Part shown: piece after piece, positions 50,401 to 62,220 of the stretch | Layout of the letters: each line of letters begins with the position of its first letter | How positions within the stretch are numbered: the stretch's first letter is position 1 | NCBI GenBank assembly: GCA_964187785.1 | Contig: OZ076409.1 | Location: forward strand, 8,000,001 to 8,064,000 | Length of the DNA stretch: 64,000 nucleotides | Source of the DNA: Amphiscolops sp. MND2022 | Taxonomy: Eukaryota | Direction of reading: 5' to 3' | Notes under the pieces: model-generated | Told to the model about the DNA's origin: nothing | Database searches by the model: none | What the model saw: only the letters and a program-made list of their open reading frames with translations | Program-made: the position numbers and the translations under genes

Positions 50401-53400
50401 TTACAAAGGAAAGACCTTAAAATCGGGAAATTTTTGTCAAAATCATATTTCCAGCTTTCTTAAAGCCTGCTTCAGCTGCCTTATTACTGCTAGAAAAGGC
50501 GGTCATTGCACTAAATTGGGTAATGATTCAGCTCGAGGCGTTGTTGGCGACAGTTTTGCAATTGAAAGAACAATTTAACCAGCGTCTACGTTAATAAATA
50601 TCCCTTAAATCAAATTTTATACATTGCTAACAGAAGTTTTAATGTCTAACAATATAAATCTGCAGAAATGTTGATTTTTGTTGACTTCCTTTCCGATTTT
50701 TTTTGCCAAATAGGAATTTACAATAAAAGTATTTTTGGGAACATGGTTCTCTTGATAAGATCTTACCATGACATCTTGCAATTCTTGGCAATTTTTTGGC
50801 AGGATCTTAGCTAAGATTTTTCCAAAATTTTACTACGATATTCATGAAGGGTCGACCCGGGAATAAAGTAGGTGATTCGTTTTTCAATATTTTAATCCGC
50901 TTCCGTAGTATGCGGCTCTGGTTGAAGTTCCAGATAAATTCAATGCGCAGAGTTCTATGTATTGGTGCCAAACATTACATACAGCTTCCGTAGTTCTAGG
51001 ATTTTACACCCAAAGACATTACGCCCAAAGCAGGCACCACGTCCAATAATTTGAAAGATTGTTTACCATCTCCTTATGTATAATCAGGGATGTAAAATAT
51101 TGTATTTCAATATTTTTTCAAAAAATAAATATATTTAACAGTTACTGGCTATTAATAAATAATTTAAATATAATGTCCGATATTGTAGGAGGGAAAATAT
51201 ATCGTTAGAACAGAGATTTCGTTTGTATACGTCTTGGACTTTATTTATAACAACCAATAATTTTATCAAACTTTCTGAATCAATTTCTCTACCCAGAAAC
51301 TAAATCCGAATACTTCGAGAAATTGGATTGAGTTTTGTGCATTTTGCGTACATGATCATAATACATTTGTGGGAATATTTACCAACATTTAAAAAATGAT
51401 CATCAAAATATATTGGCCCATAACACAAATACACTGGAACGAAAAGTAAATATACTGTATTATAGGAACCTAAAAATAAATATATTTTATTTATTTATTG
51501 TCAATGTATTTAAATACAATGTATTTTTAACATCCCTGTAAATAACTATTGGGTATATTGTCCTTGGGCTTTACTTTCGTAAATGCACCACTTTCGGCGA
51601 CACCGCGGCTCTTTTATGCCCCCCCACCACATTATTTTTTGGAAATAATATGACGAAATGACTTGGATACAAACCAGAAACCTTCAATTTTACACTTATT
51701 TGTAGGGTGATAAATTAGAATTGAGAAACAAACTTTGTTCACACAATTTTTGCATATGAAGTCGCGCATTTTTGATAAGCAAAGCAACAACTTCTTGTTT
51801 TGAATGACAAAAAACAGTGAATAAGAACGTAATTATGGTCAAAATGTGTGAAAAATGTTTTGTTCGAACCAAAAATTATTCTACTAGACGTTAATTTCCT
51901 GTTATGAAAGACGGTTTTGCATTTAATTTGTCTTTTCATAACTTTTCAAGGAAATTTGCTTTCAAAAAATTGGTGGTGGGGGAACGGAAAAGAGCCGACA
52001 CCGCTTCCGTACTTCTAACCAGGGTTGTTATAGTATACAGTTTTTTCATTTTATGCAATTAAACATGTTTTTTTTTCGAAAAAAAAACAAGTTTTTTTCA
52101 TCTAATTTATGCTATATCAAAAAAAAACATTTTCAATTATTTTTTTTATTTCAAAATTTTGGAAGAATCACAGTCTTCATTGGTCCTCGGCACAGAAAAT
52201 TCAGTTTGCCAGCTTTCTCGACCCCTAACTGCGTGCGTAGCCACCCATAGGTGAACCCCATCGTCAAAAATTGGCGCTCCAACCCGCCCTTTGCTTGAAA
52301 AAAAAACAAAAATCAATGTGTTTTTCAAAAGTGTTTTAAACAGTTATTTCAAGCTTGTTTAGAACAGCGTGTTTCAAGCATAACAACCTTGCTTCCCTGC
52401 TTACCTGGAGTCAAGCAATGGAAGTGGTTGAGTTTGGATGAATAGATGCACTGTGGCTCGCAACAGGGCGCGTCTTTGAGATGTTTGATGAAACCCATGG
52501 CGACGTACTCGTCGTTCTTCGCATGGAAGCTCTTGTGTTTCTCCATTCCACATTTCTCCTTGAAAGTCACTCGGCAGTCGCTGCGTGCACAGTGGAAGTG
52601 AGTCGTGCGATCACTGCGTTGGAAAGCAAGAAGAAGATTAGAACCAATTAGAAATGGAGGACCATGTCATCTAAACCACCCCCCTCCCCCCCAAAAAAAA
52701 ACTGCGGCGGGTTTGGTTTGGGAAATACGACAGAAGGTTCAAATACCATTATATCGACATCGTTTGCGTTGAAATCTTGGTCCAATAAAATAATTGATGT
52801 CAACATAATCCTATCCATTACATTGACTGTCAGTTAAAAGTTGCTCATCAGATTTTATAGCGGACAAAATTTGCGCTGAAATAGGGGACTTTTTATACAA
52901 TTCTAACTTGTTACAAACGTGAATTTCTGCTATTTTGGACCATAATATCAAACAAATTATGGTAATTTTTTGTCTGAAGTGTCCAAACAGTTGTAATTCC
53001 CAACAAAGTGTACCTGGGGGGGGGGGGGATAGATGACATGGTCCGTACGGGTAGTAATTGCCCTGGGTTGTCAGTACCGGTAGTATTTTATAACTCTAAC
53101 TGAAACTGAAGCTCATCATCGCTCAAATTGGGAGGGGGGTAATTTTTCCGCGCTTACTGTGGGGGGTGTTAGGGGGGTTTGGAATCAACAGAAAGAAAAG
53201 ATCCATGGTTCGTCTCCTCACTTGATGAATGCACAGTGGGGGGTATTGCAGTTTTGAGAGGCGGAGAAGCGGAGGAAGCCCTCGTTTTGGATCAATTCGT
53301 CCCGGATGTGGTGTTTTCTGTGCAGCTCAATGTCCGTCGTGTTCATTATCACTTTCGTGCAATTAGGCTGCAAAATAAACAAACAAACAAACGCTTAGTT

Positions 53401-56400
53401 ATTCGTGCTAAACCCAAGCTGAACTTACCCAAAAGCAATGGATATTTTCTGCTCTGGAAGAGTCTGAATTGATGGTTTAAATATTCACGTAGAGAGTTGA
53501 GAAAAACCGGTAGCCGTTCGTATATAACCGAACGAGCTTGAAGAAAAACGACCATGAAACCGATCTCAAATCTGATTGGACGACGAAATTTTAAAAAAAC
53601 TGTCACCTTGGCAGCCGTGACTTTAGCCACTATTTGCGTCGAATCAAAAATTAGAGGTGTATCAAAAGTTTGTTGGTGAATACGTTTCTAATTTATCGTT
53701 CAAAACGATACCAAAAAATGAAATGATTTTGAAGCAAGGTCAGGTCCATTGTTATTTTCAATGTTGATTTTTTCATTGTTTTAATTTTAGCAACTCTATT
53801 CTTGGTTTAATTCCGCTGTTGTTAAATTATTAAATTATATAGTCGGCCAATTGCACAGTCGTCGAATTACACAATCGGTCAATTGCACAGTCGGCCAAAA
53901 GTGCGGTCGGCCAATTGACCTAGCACAGAATTCGCATGCATTGACTTTCATTTATTCTGATCAGTTGCAAAGTTGCAGAAAAATTTAATCATTCAAAACT
54001 CACAGTCGAACGGAGCGACCAATCGCAATTGAGAATTCTATTCGGTTCTCATTAGCGTTCGACTATACAACCTAGCACCGAGAAAAGAAAAACAATTGGA
54101 TTATGCTATGATGTAACATTTCATTCCCACGAATCAGGAAGTTCAATCGAACTGATATTTGCCCCCTGGACGTACCAAACCAGACTTGACAAAAAAATCA
54201 TGGAATATTCAATAAATTTTCAATTGAGCGTTCCTTGATTACAAAGAGCCCCAGACATAATAGTCTCTCATAGTTTGTCAGAAACACATTTTTTTCGCTT
54301 TGAATTTGAATGATTTGCTATTTTTGTTTTGCCGTAATGAGCCACGGTTGGTATGTGAAAGCCCCAGCGACGAATTTTGTAGCCTTTGTTTTGTTTGCCA
54401 GCTTTTAATTTTATTACTTTTTGGAAAACGCTTTTTCTGAAAACAAATATCTCAAATATGTGAAAACATACGAATAAATGAAAGTGGCATTTACCAAAAG
54501 ATTTTGACGGAATCGCAACTACTTTTTGGTCATTATTTCTAAACTGGGAGCTCTGAAAAACGTTTTTTTTTGTTTTACCGATGATTTCTGAGACTTTGCA
54601 TCTGAAAAAATTGAAAATGGATATATAGATATCTATTTTAGAACTCTTCTGCTCTTCTTTTAAATTTGTAAACCTTCTCAATTCATACGTACACTACCTC
54701 TCTTAGAATCGATTTCGTTTTATGATGGGAATTTAGTGTTTTCAGTTGGCGCTTCATTGAGTGAAACGCGACTATACTAGTGACTCTGTTTTTTCAATCC
54801 CACGAACTGACCAAAATAAATATACAAACTCTACGAAATTTAAGGTGTCAAATTGAACCATTTCGCACAAAGAACTGAAATATAAAAGTTGTTCCTTTGT
54901 TCAGCGTAACATACAATACCGGGCGAGACTAAAGGGCCCCCTTTCAGTTTTTTCGGCATTGTGAGATTTTTTTGAAAACGTTTTATGTCTTCAAAGGATC
55001 CCGCATCAATTTGTTTGATATTTTACAACATACTGGATGTTAAAAAACCCAAACGTGTCCCTCTTTCAGCGCGCCCATTCGGTCCAATTTTTGGGGTTTT
55101 TCGGTACTGTGGAAGAGATTACTTGACACTTTGAAGTCCTTTTCCTATTTTTGAGCTTTAGATATAGCGCCGACTTTGGACGTTCTCGGCTTGTTTTTAA
55201 TTTCAGGACTTACGTGCATGCAATGGTAGTGGGTATTTCTGCCCTTGTGGAAGCAGTTGGGCTGTACGTGGGCACAGCTCTCGTGGATGGAGAACCGAAG
55301 GAAGCCCCTCTGCATGCAAGTGTTCCTTTTCCGGTGGTAGTTCAGGTGTCTCATCACCTCATCCTTGCGAACCAACTTCTGAAACAACAACAAAAAACAA
55401 GATAGATTATGAGTTAGTAGTAGATCATGGTTCTGCTCAACAAGGGACCAGGTATCGATGTTATAGATTCTGACACCACAAGGAACAGGAAACAAATTAG
55501 TTTACATCAGAAAGCTACTCCAAATTTTTATCGAATTGCTACTCTTTTTGTTTTTGTCTAGGTTTTATCAAAACATGGTATTAGTTTTGTCGACAACTGT
55601 TTGACTTTCACGCTACCGATGCATTTTCGAACTCGCCACAGTCGATTCAGGCCAACAGCTTTCCCCTTTTTGAATTACCATAAAACAAAAACTCAACTTT
55701 TGTCCGCTGAATTCATTTGACACGTGAAAAATACAGACGTGTCACTTCTGATTGCCAGCTGACTTTAGGTCTGGAAAAACTACCTTGATTGAAATTTAAT
55801 AGTACGCACTATTGATAATCGTTGCATAATCGGCGCTAAAGTTCATGCACTCATTATACTTTAGCTGCCGTTTTGTTTTCATTGCACCGTTGCAGGCTCA
55901 AACGCGTATTCATTTCTCCACTTGATGGTTGAACCACATGCACCCTTAACGGCCTCATTATCTTTGTATTCCGACCAAAATAACTCGCAACCAATTGTTT
56001 TTTTTTAACGAAAAACGTTTCTCTCCGAATTGGCAAAGTCAGAGTTCAACTATTATAGTTCAATTTCGAAAGTAAAGCTTTGAAAACGGTTAGACTATAA
56101 CCCCACATTGTTGCTGGAAAGACCTCACTTAATTTGGAGACAAAAGAAGTCCGCAAAGCACTGGGATATTTTCCGCTAAAAATGTAACGCTTCAGTCCGG
56201 GTTCGTACCCATGACCTCGTGCCTGGCAGGCACACGCACTACCAACTGCGCCATGGCGCTATTTTAGTTACTTGACTATTATAGTTACTAGTAAAATAAT
56301 CAAGTCACGAAGTGGAGTGGAGATAAAGTGGAGTTTTGGCCGAATTTAAAAAAAAACGCATCACAGACCATGATTTTCCTCCCCCATTTATGTGGGCGGA

Positions 56401-59400
56401 AAATAACAAAATCTGCAGCCCGAATATACCGCAAACTTTCATCGGAATAGGCATTATATCAGGAAATGGTGATAGCATATCCCAATTCAACAAAATACAA
56501 AAGTTCAAAATGGGTTACACGGTAACTCTTGCACAAAAAAATATCCTTGCTGTTGCGTTTCTCTCACTTTTTGGTATATTGTAACTTCATGCTCATAAAT
56601 CACTTTCGATGTTTAACGAACACATACTTTCGTAGCTTAAATATGGAAAAATCCTAACAAGTTTTGAACATTTTTCGAATGTATAATGCGACTATAGTTG
56701 CAGTCGTAGAAAATACGCGACGTCTTCATTGATATAATCGAAAAACAGATTACAGCAAAAATTGAAAAATTCCATGAATAGGCAAGCTCTTCATGCTTCG
56801 ACCGGTTCCCGTTTGTCTGAAGAAACTGACCGGCAAATATCAAAATCGAAGCCCGCTCATAGCTCAATATACGCTAATTTTTTCCACTTGGCTCAAAAAT
56901 GTTTTTTTTCGTAAATTACTATCTCGAGAAAAATGCGTTTTTCTCACTTTTTGGTATATTGTAACTCAGAACTACCAGCTTCATGGTTAAAGGTTCCCCA
57001 AAGGTTTCGAGCATGAAGGCTTCATGCACGAAATCTTTGGGGAACCTTTAACCATGAAGCTGGTAGTTCGTGTGGGTTTTCAAAAAGTTACAAGCAGCCT
57101 GATAATATTGTGGTTAAGGGCTGATGACAAAGATTTTCGAATTTGAGGAAAAATCGTACGAAAACACGTTCATGTCAATTTCAATTGGGTTCATGTCAAA
57201 CCCGAATACTTTTATAACTAAATCAGGATACTAAATCTCAAAATTGACAAAAAACGTACACTATATATGATCTTTTCAAAAATTTTTTGCCCTGCTTTGA
57301 CCAAATTATAGCTGAAAAAAATTTTTCAAGCTTTGAAACATAAAATGTCGAAATTGATAAAAATGTGGATGTTAAGTTGAAATTGATCAAATCAAAAGAC
57401 CTCAGGATATAAATTTTATATCTTTTATAAAGTCATGAGAAACATTCAAAAATTTCAACCATAAATTTGGTACAATTATATCTTGTATAATTTATAATAA
57501 TAAAGAAAGATATATAAACCATGTAAAAGTTACTGTAGTAATATTTTGATCAAATATTAATTCTGTATCGTATTTTTGCTTAAAAATCATCAAATCTCCA
57601 AGCGCGATTCGCTTTATTCACCATAAAAATACAGTTTCAATCTCTAAACCAACGCAGCATAGTGAAAGCTTCAATTTTTCAATGCTTTTGGTATATATCA
57701 TTGCAAAACCTCATCAACGATGTTCAAAAATCTCAATAAGCATTAAAACAATCAGGTCATAATGCGAAATAAGTCTTGATAAAACGCATTCATGATACAG
57801 TACGTGACTTAAATATCCATATATGGACACGTAGTATCATTCTGAAAAAGTTCATGTATTTCTAGTAAATTAACATTTTCATTTTAAAGATTATTTGGCT
57901 TTTCTATTTTTGCCCTTCATCAAAAATTTTTTCGAGAACTTCCATAAAATTTTCATACTGATTTAGTTAAAAGGAAAGTCCTTTTCCATAAAGGAAGTTA
58001 ACGTCAATTAGGATAGTTTTTTGTTTGAACAAAGCATTTTTCACACATTTTGACTGTGATTATGTTGAAATTTTAAATGTATATTATGACTCAAAACAGG
58101 AAGCTGTTGTTTTTCTCATCAAGAATGCATGAATTCAGAGGAAAAAATAGCGTGAACAAAGTTTCCATCTGAATTCTAAACTGTCATCCTGAATACAAAT
58201 TGTGGGTTTCTGCTTAGGCTTCAGCTCTTTTTGTTCTACTATTTTTTAAACTAATTTTCCAAAACAATTGGACGGTGGTGGAAAAGAGAAAAGAACCGAT
58301 TCTCTGATCGTTTCAACGCTAGAATCTCACATCGGTTGTAAAAAAAAACATTTCGATTTTTTATCAATAATTATAATGCATGATAGAGGTGTACCGGACA
58401 ACAAGTCCGGTCCGGTATCCGGCCGAATTTCAGGAAAATGTCCTGTCCAGTATCCGGCCGGACTTTTTACAATGTCCGGCCGGATATTATCTTAAAATAA
58501 TAATCCTAAAATTTCGGAATATCTAACTTAGAAAAAGTGTGTGCATAGAATTTGTGACTGTGAATTAAAATTCATTAAATTATGGCGGAGTGAAAATAGT
58601 TTTTCACCGCTCTGTGGTGAAAGCCTGCTTCGTTTCTAGTAATCCTCATTGCCCAATTCTGAAAACAGCCCTTCATAGCTTACAATTGAGGATAATGTCC
58701 GGTCCGGCCGGTATCCGGCTTCAATCAGTCCTGTCCGGTTGTTCGGCCGGACGGAAATTTTCCTGTCCGGTGCACCTCTAATGCATGATATTATACTGAA
58801 AAGAATAAAGATAATTTTATTGAACAAAACGTGAATAAAATAACTGAACTAACCAAGTTATCGCAAGTTTCATCCAAACAATGGAAGTGATCTTTGCCGT
58901 ACATGGAACAGTGTTTACATGTTTCCCAGAATGAAACCCTGAAAAAACATCTTTCATAATAAAAAATAACTAATATTTCCCCCCAGCTAAACCTTGTTCC
59001 GAATTTACTCCCTAACACGAAAGCACATTTTATTGTTGAATAAAAATATTTTACTAATAAGAGAATTTTATATGAATGTAAATACTTAAGGATTGTCTCT
59101 GCAACTGTTTGGACACTTCAAGCAAAAAATTATCATATTTTGATATCATTGTCCAAAAAAGCAGAAGTTCACGCGTTTGGAACAAGCTAAAATCGTATAA
59201 AAAGGCCCTATTTCAGCGAAAATTTTTTCCGCTATAAAATCTAATGAGCAACTCGTAACCGACAGTCAATGTAATGGGTAGGATTATGTCGACATCAATT
59301 ACTTTATTGGACCAAAATTTTAGCGCAAACGATGTCAACATAATGGTATTTGAACCTTCTGTCTTATTCCTCCCCGCCGAAGTTTGGGGGGGGGGCAGAT

Positions 59401-60029
59401 TACATGGCCCCAAAAATTAAATCATTAGAATTTTGAACAGCCCGGTAGTTTTAGCAACTAAGGTCTAGTTTTTCCAAACAAAAAAATCCAATCACGTGAA
59501 AATAGTACCTGTGAATGATTTCGAAAGAAGAACTTCCTTGCCCGAAAAGGAAATTTTCAATCGCAGGAGTTGGTTTTTCGTATCCTTCTAATGGTTTCAT
59601 CGCTTTTTCGGTGCCAAGAACCTCTATCAAAGGCATCAAAGTTTCATCATCTAACATCAGCGAATGTTCTAACAACGACGAACTCTGACTCGAGACGATC
59701 GTCTTGAAATCGGAATCAGGCCCATTAGAGACGATCTTTTCAGATATTCCAGCTTGCGTTTCTTGATGAATTTCTTGAGCGGCCAAAACATTTCTATCGT
59801 CTTTCAAAGTACTGAAAATATTGTTTGTGTCCTCAAAGTTTTTGGTCATTGTTAGGTCAAGAATGTCAATTTCGTTGGTCGCATGATCAGTAATATTTTT
59901 GTCGCAAGAATAATTGGTCCTGCTTTCTTGAGTGACAAGATTTGAGTCGGATTTTACTCTCAGATCTAGAGGAAATTCTGTTCCACCGCTTTCCCAAGGG
60001 GGAATAATGTTTTTCTGAGACAAATCCAT
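35313..60029 (-). CDS. CASZ1: Castor/CASZ1-like zinc-finger transcription factor, 13 coding exons, 888 aa (manual model)
   Basis: Castor-type C-C-H-x-H-C...C...H-xxx-H fingers, e.g. [21 protein letters not shown]...THYHC and [15 protein letters not shown]...NHFHC. All GT-AG junctions are phase-compatible and total 2667 nt. In-frame TGA upstream of ATG 60029; AATAAA at 35281-35276. Confidence 0.88.
36066..36549 (+). mobile_element. HINE family A, complete copy
   Basis: AACAAAACGAGAACGTCTAAAGTCGGCGCT...AGTCGGGCTCTTTT..AAAAGCGCCGACTAAAAA. Confidence 0.75.
37615..38648 (-). mobile_element. Compound/tandem HINE family A copies
   Basis: Repeated AGTCGGCGC...CCGACTA ends at 37621-37720 and 37858-37890; CGTCTTGTT termini at 38337 and 38648. 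Confidence 0.7.
38676..38887 (-). CDS. CASZ1: castor exon 12
   Basis: [25 protein letters not shown]...HYRKH...GYKHF...[11 protein letters not shown]; ttacag / gtgagt. Confidence 0.87.
39575..40790 (+). pseudogene. Tc1/mariner transposon fossil
   Basis: Remnants [43 protein letters not shown]; 3' end ...CCAGTGACTG|TA. Confidence 0.75.
40895..41062 (-). CDS. CASZ1: castor exon 11
   Basis: Open 56 codons [12 protein letters not shown]...SMFICVK; ttctag / gttagt; phase 0/0. Confidence 0.7.
41494..41747 (-). CDS. CASZ1: castor exon 10
   Basis: [17 protein letters not shown]...QHASRDEH...RGLR; tttcag / gtagga. Confidence 0.8.
41902..42258. mobile_element. MITE with GAGTTTTGACA(C/T)CGCT TIRs
   Basis: gagttttgacaccgcta ... 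agcgatgtcaaaactc; subterminal tagcg repeats. Confidence 0.6.
42367..42478 (-). CDS. CASZ1: castor exon 9
   Basis: [26 protein letters not shown]...; cttcag / gttaga; supplies the C..HxxxH half of a finger. Confidence 0.6.
42846..43750 (-). pseudogene. Tc1 (DD34E) transposase fossil
   Basis: [30 protein letters not shown] motifs in ORF 42846..43313. Confidence 0.85.
43941..44280. mobile_element. MITE, CTGTGATTAAGAAAACGT TIR
   Basis: ctgtgattaagaaaacgtacccc / ggggacgttttcttaatcacag|ta; a related terminus occurs at 1010-1035. Confidence 0.65.
44337..44466 (-). CDS. CASZ1: castor exon 8
   Basis: SDHPFVMFS...[24 protein letters not shown]; completes HRSDH with exon 7; AAG acceptor is weaker. 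Confidence 0.6.
44694..45189. mobile_element. hAT-type MITE nested in another repeat
   Basis: TIR CAGGGTTACCGA/TCGGTAACCCTG; TSD GGGGAGAA/GCGGAGAA. Confidence 0.75.
45451..45858. mobile_element. hAT-type MITE with taaccgaccga subrepeats
   Basis: TIR TAGGGATGTGCAATTA/TAATTGCAGAGCCCTA; TSD GTACCTAG/GTACCTGG. Confidence 0.8.
45901..46312 (-). CDS. CASZ1: castor exon 7
   Basis: S/T/Q-rich linker then [33 protein letters not shown]...KEHR; tttcag / gtgaga. Confidence 0.85.
49383..49469 (-). CDS. CASZ1: castor exon 6
   Basis: [21 protein letters not shown] (cf. castor [20 protein letters not shown]); cccag / gtacga. Confidence 0.88.
49659..50923 (-). mobile_element. Second copy of the 172-bp-unit HINE (about one unit), interrupted by a CCC...GGG element
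   Basis: Ends ttgggagtcgaaaaaaatttcgac and tatgcggctctggtt are reverse complements of the 3321-4190 ends. Confidence 0.65.
49890..50861. mobile_element. CCC...GGG element (same family as 2310-3244, inverted), AA TSD
   Basis: CCCGGGTTGACCC ... GGGTCGACCCGGG; internal reverse-complement identity to ~2850-3240. Confidence 0.8.
51085..51538. mobile_element. hAT-like MITE
   Basis: CAGGGATGTAAAA / TTAACATCCCTG termini; TSD imperfect. Confidence 0.55.
51607..51996. mobile_element. Merlin-like MITE with perfect 8-bp TSD
   Basis: GGCTCTTTT...AAAAGAGCC flanked by GACACCGC on both sides. Confidence 0.8.
52405..52613 (-). CDS. CASZ1: castor exon 5
   Basis: [30 protein letters not shown]...NHFHCLTP; acgcag / gtaagc. 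Confidence 0.92.
52659..53044. mobile_element. MITE, GGACCATGTCATCTA TIR with C/G runs
   Basis: ggaccatgtcatcta...tagatgacatggtcc; internal core shared with ~44560-45330 and ~59100-59400. Confidence 0.65.
53222..53367 (-). CDS. CASZ1: castor exon 4
   Basis: [48 protein letters not shown]; ttgcag / gtgagg. Confidence 0.92.
54918..55195 (-). mobile_element. Partial HINE family A copy
   Basis: Ends agatatagcgccgactttggacgttctcggcttgtt. Confidence 0.6.
55214..55378 (-). CDS. CASZ1: castor exon 3
   Basis: [55 protein letters not shown]; tttcag / gtaagt. Confidence 0.93.
56187..56260 (-). repeat. tRNA-derived (SINE-head-like/pseudo-tRNA) segment
   Basis: Minus strand GCGCCATGGCGCAGTTGGTAGTGCGTGTGCCTGCCAGGCACGAGGTCATGGGTACGAACCCGG: A box, anticodon-like stem, degenerate B box; poor acceptor stem. 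Confidence 0.55.
56969..57069. repeat. 101-bp near-perfect hairpin
   Basis: gaactaccagcttcatggttaaaggttccccaaag...ctttggggaacctttaaccatgaagctggtagttc. Confidence 0.9.
58384..58780. mobile_element. hAT-type MITE with perfect 8-bp TSD
   Basis: TIR TAGAGGTG(T/C)ACCGGAC; TSD ATGCATGA on both sides; tccggccgg subrepeats. Confidence 0.9.
58854..58938 (-). CDS. CASZ1: castor exon 2
   Basis: [28 protein letters not shown]; tttcag / gttagt; phase 2 in, 0 out. Confidence 0.85.
59509..60029 (-). CDS. CASZ1: castor exon 1 (first coding exon)
   Basis: ATG preceded by an in-frame TGA and an acceptor at 60050; PLDLRVK motif; donor CAG|GTACTA is phase-compatible with exon 2. Confidence 0.75.
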
Positions 60030-62010
60030 CAAAACGGCGATTCACGAATCTGAAACAAAACTTTTCACAAAAATTTGTGATATAGATGCGTTATGCAGTT
60101 ATATCGAGTTATTAATAAATTTGCTGGCCAGTATATTGTACTAGCTTTGCTGTGCATAAAAAAAAGTTAAAACTTGGCCCCGTAAAGTTCGCCAAATTGA
60201 ATTCAAGTACCATTGAAACGAATTTAATAAAGGCCAATTTTTCCAGAAATTTTTCCCCATATCTTTCTTTTTTTTAACTTAGAAAGTAAAAAATAACGAA
60301 TTTCTCCGTAATTCACGATTTTTTGATTTTATTCCTTCTCAATAGAACATGTTTTAATAAACCGGAAGTGTTTGTTTGTTCATCAACTTTTTCACACTGA
60401 AAAAGTTTCAAGATGAAATCAAAAAGCGGGAAGAACTGAAAAAACTAACCAAAGTTGATGAATTTGACCAAACAAATTGATCGTTTTCCTTTTTCAGCTT
60501 GACTCTTGCTTGATTTTCAGATTTCAATGTGAAAAGAAGACTTTTTGCTCACTCGGACTTACAACCGACTCGTCTCGCTCGGGTATCCAATCAGGTGTCA
60601 AGGTTTAAAGCGATTGTTGAAATCTAGATTAAATCGGTATTCTGTTCTTCTTCAGAAATGAGCAAATCAAATTAATTCTCGGAAATGATGAAGTGACGAA
60701 GTTTCATTGGCGTTCGAATGAATAATTGATGAATTTGAGCTGAAGTCTGAAGAAAAAGAATGTGTAAAAAGAGAAAAGATTGAATTGAATGGCAAGCGTG
60801 TCAAATGTTGAATATTTGTGCGATTCCTTTGCTGCGTTTAATGCTTTTCGAGGCAAATTTGAGTTTTGTTGTTGGTAAATTAAAACAAAAGTGAGCTTTT
60901 ATGAACACATCTGTGAACGCAGAATCGCTGGCGCGACGCCTCGAAAAATAACTTTTAGCGACGATAACATGAATTATGCTAAAATGAAATAAAATCGGAT
61001 GAAAGAAGAATTTTAGCTCACTTTTTTATTATTAATAAGAGCACTTTTACTAAATGAAAGCTAAAACCACACATATCGCAAATTTTCTCTCAATTTTTCT
61101 TCTTTTGCTTGAATAATTTGATGTTACTTATGTTTTATAAGCCGCGCTGTGTAATATACAGCTTGCCATAATAACACAAGTTCTACACAAAATATGTTCC
61201 ATAACAATCGAAGATACAACACTGCTTTTTGTGTTTTTTCTTCGTTCTGTCGTTTCGTTTCTATGGTTTTTCTTCATTTCACTGCATTTCATTTTTCTCT
61301 CACATGCTTCCAAAATTCAGTGCTTTTTCTTTTCAAATTTTATCTACATATTGCTCTACACTAGGATATGGCACAAGAAGTGGCCATAATTCAAATGTGG
61401 GATAAATCTATTATAGCGTCGGATTTGGAAAACATTGATGTTTAGTCAGATGAAAAAATAAAGGAAAACACAAACACATTAACAATTGATAGAAAAGAAG
61501 TTGCATTTGCGTGGTTTTTATAAAATTTTATCACCATCTTGCGTTTTTCACAAACAATCTTTGAAGTGACAAATTTCATCACAACAGCACATTTTGGCAA
61601 AACTTTTTCAATATTTCCTGCTTGTATAAAAATAAAACGACCTCTCGAGAATTACAGTGCGTTCTAGCATAAAGTTTACGAAAAAGCTTTCATACTGTCT
61701 TTAACTTTTGCTTTTTTCAGTAAGTTTGAAAAACAATTAATTGGATTTCGCTTCATCAATATAAGTAGCTAGAAGAGTAGTTTGGACCCGCATGTCAACA
61801 GAGAAATTTTGTTGCAATTGTTGGGACATTTCAAGAAGTGCGTGAGTTTGACAGTAATTGCCTTTTCAGACAAATTGGAAACTCAACTTCGATATTCTTC
61901 ATCTCCCAGGTTGTTTACATGCCATGGCTTTCCTTCCATGAATCATCCATGATTCATTGGTTCGCCATGGCGAGAATCATTCCATAATCATGGATAAATA
62001 TTCAAGGTAA

Positions 62011-62220
62011 CACGGATGATCATGAATGAAAAGCCATGATTCATGGATGATCATGAATGAAAAGCCATGATTCATGGATGATCATGAATGAAAAGCCATA
62101 ATTCATGGATGATCATGAATGAAAAGCCATGATTCATGGATGATCATGAATGAAAAGCCATGATTCACGGATGATCATGAATGAAAAGCCATGATTCATG
62201 GATGATCATGGATGAAAAGC
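62011..62220. repeat. 31-bp minisatellite, ~7 units
   Basis: catggatgatcatgaatgaaaagccatgatt repeated with period 31. Confidence 0.95.

Noticed and set aside
56187..56260. Functional tRNA-Gly(GCC) gene
   Set aside because: B box is mutated (GGTACGAA) and the acceptor stem is poor; it is embedded in a repeat whose flanks recur at ~62640-62900.
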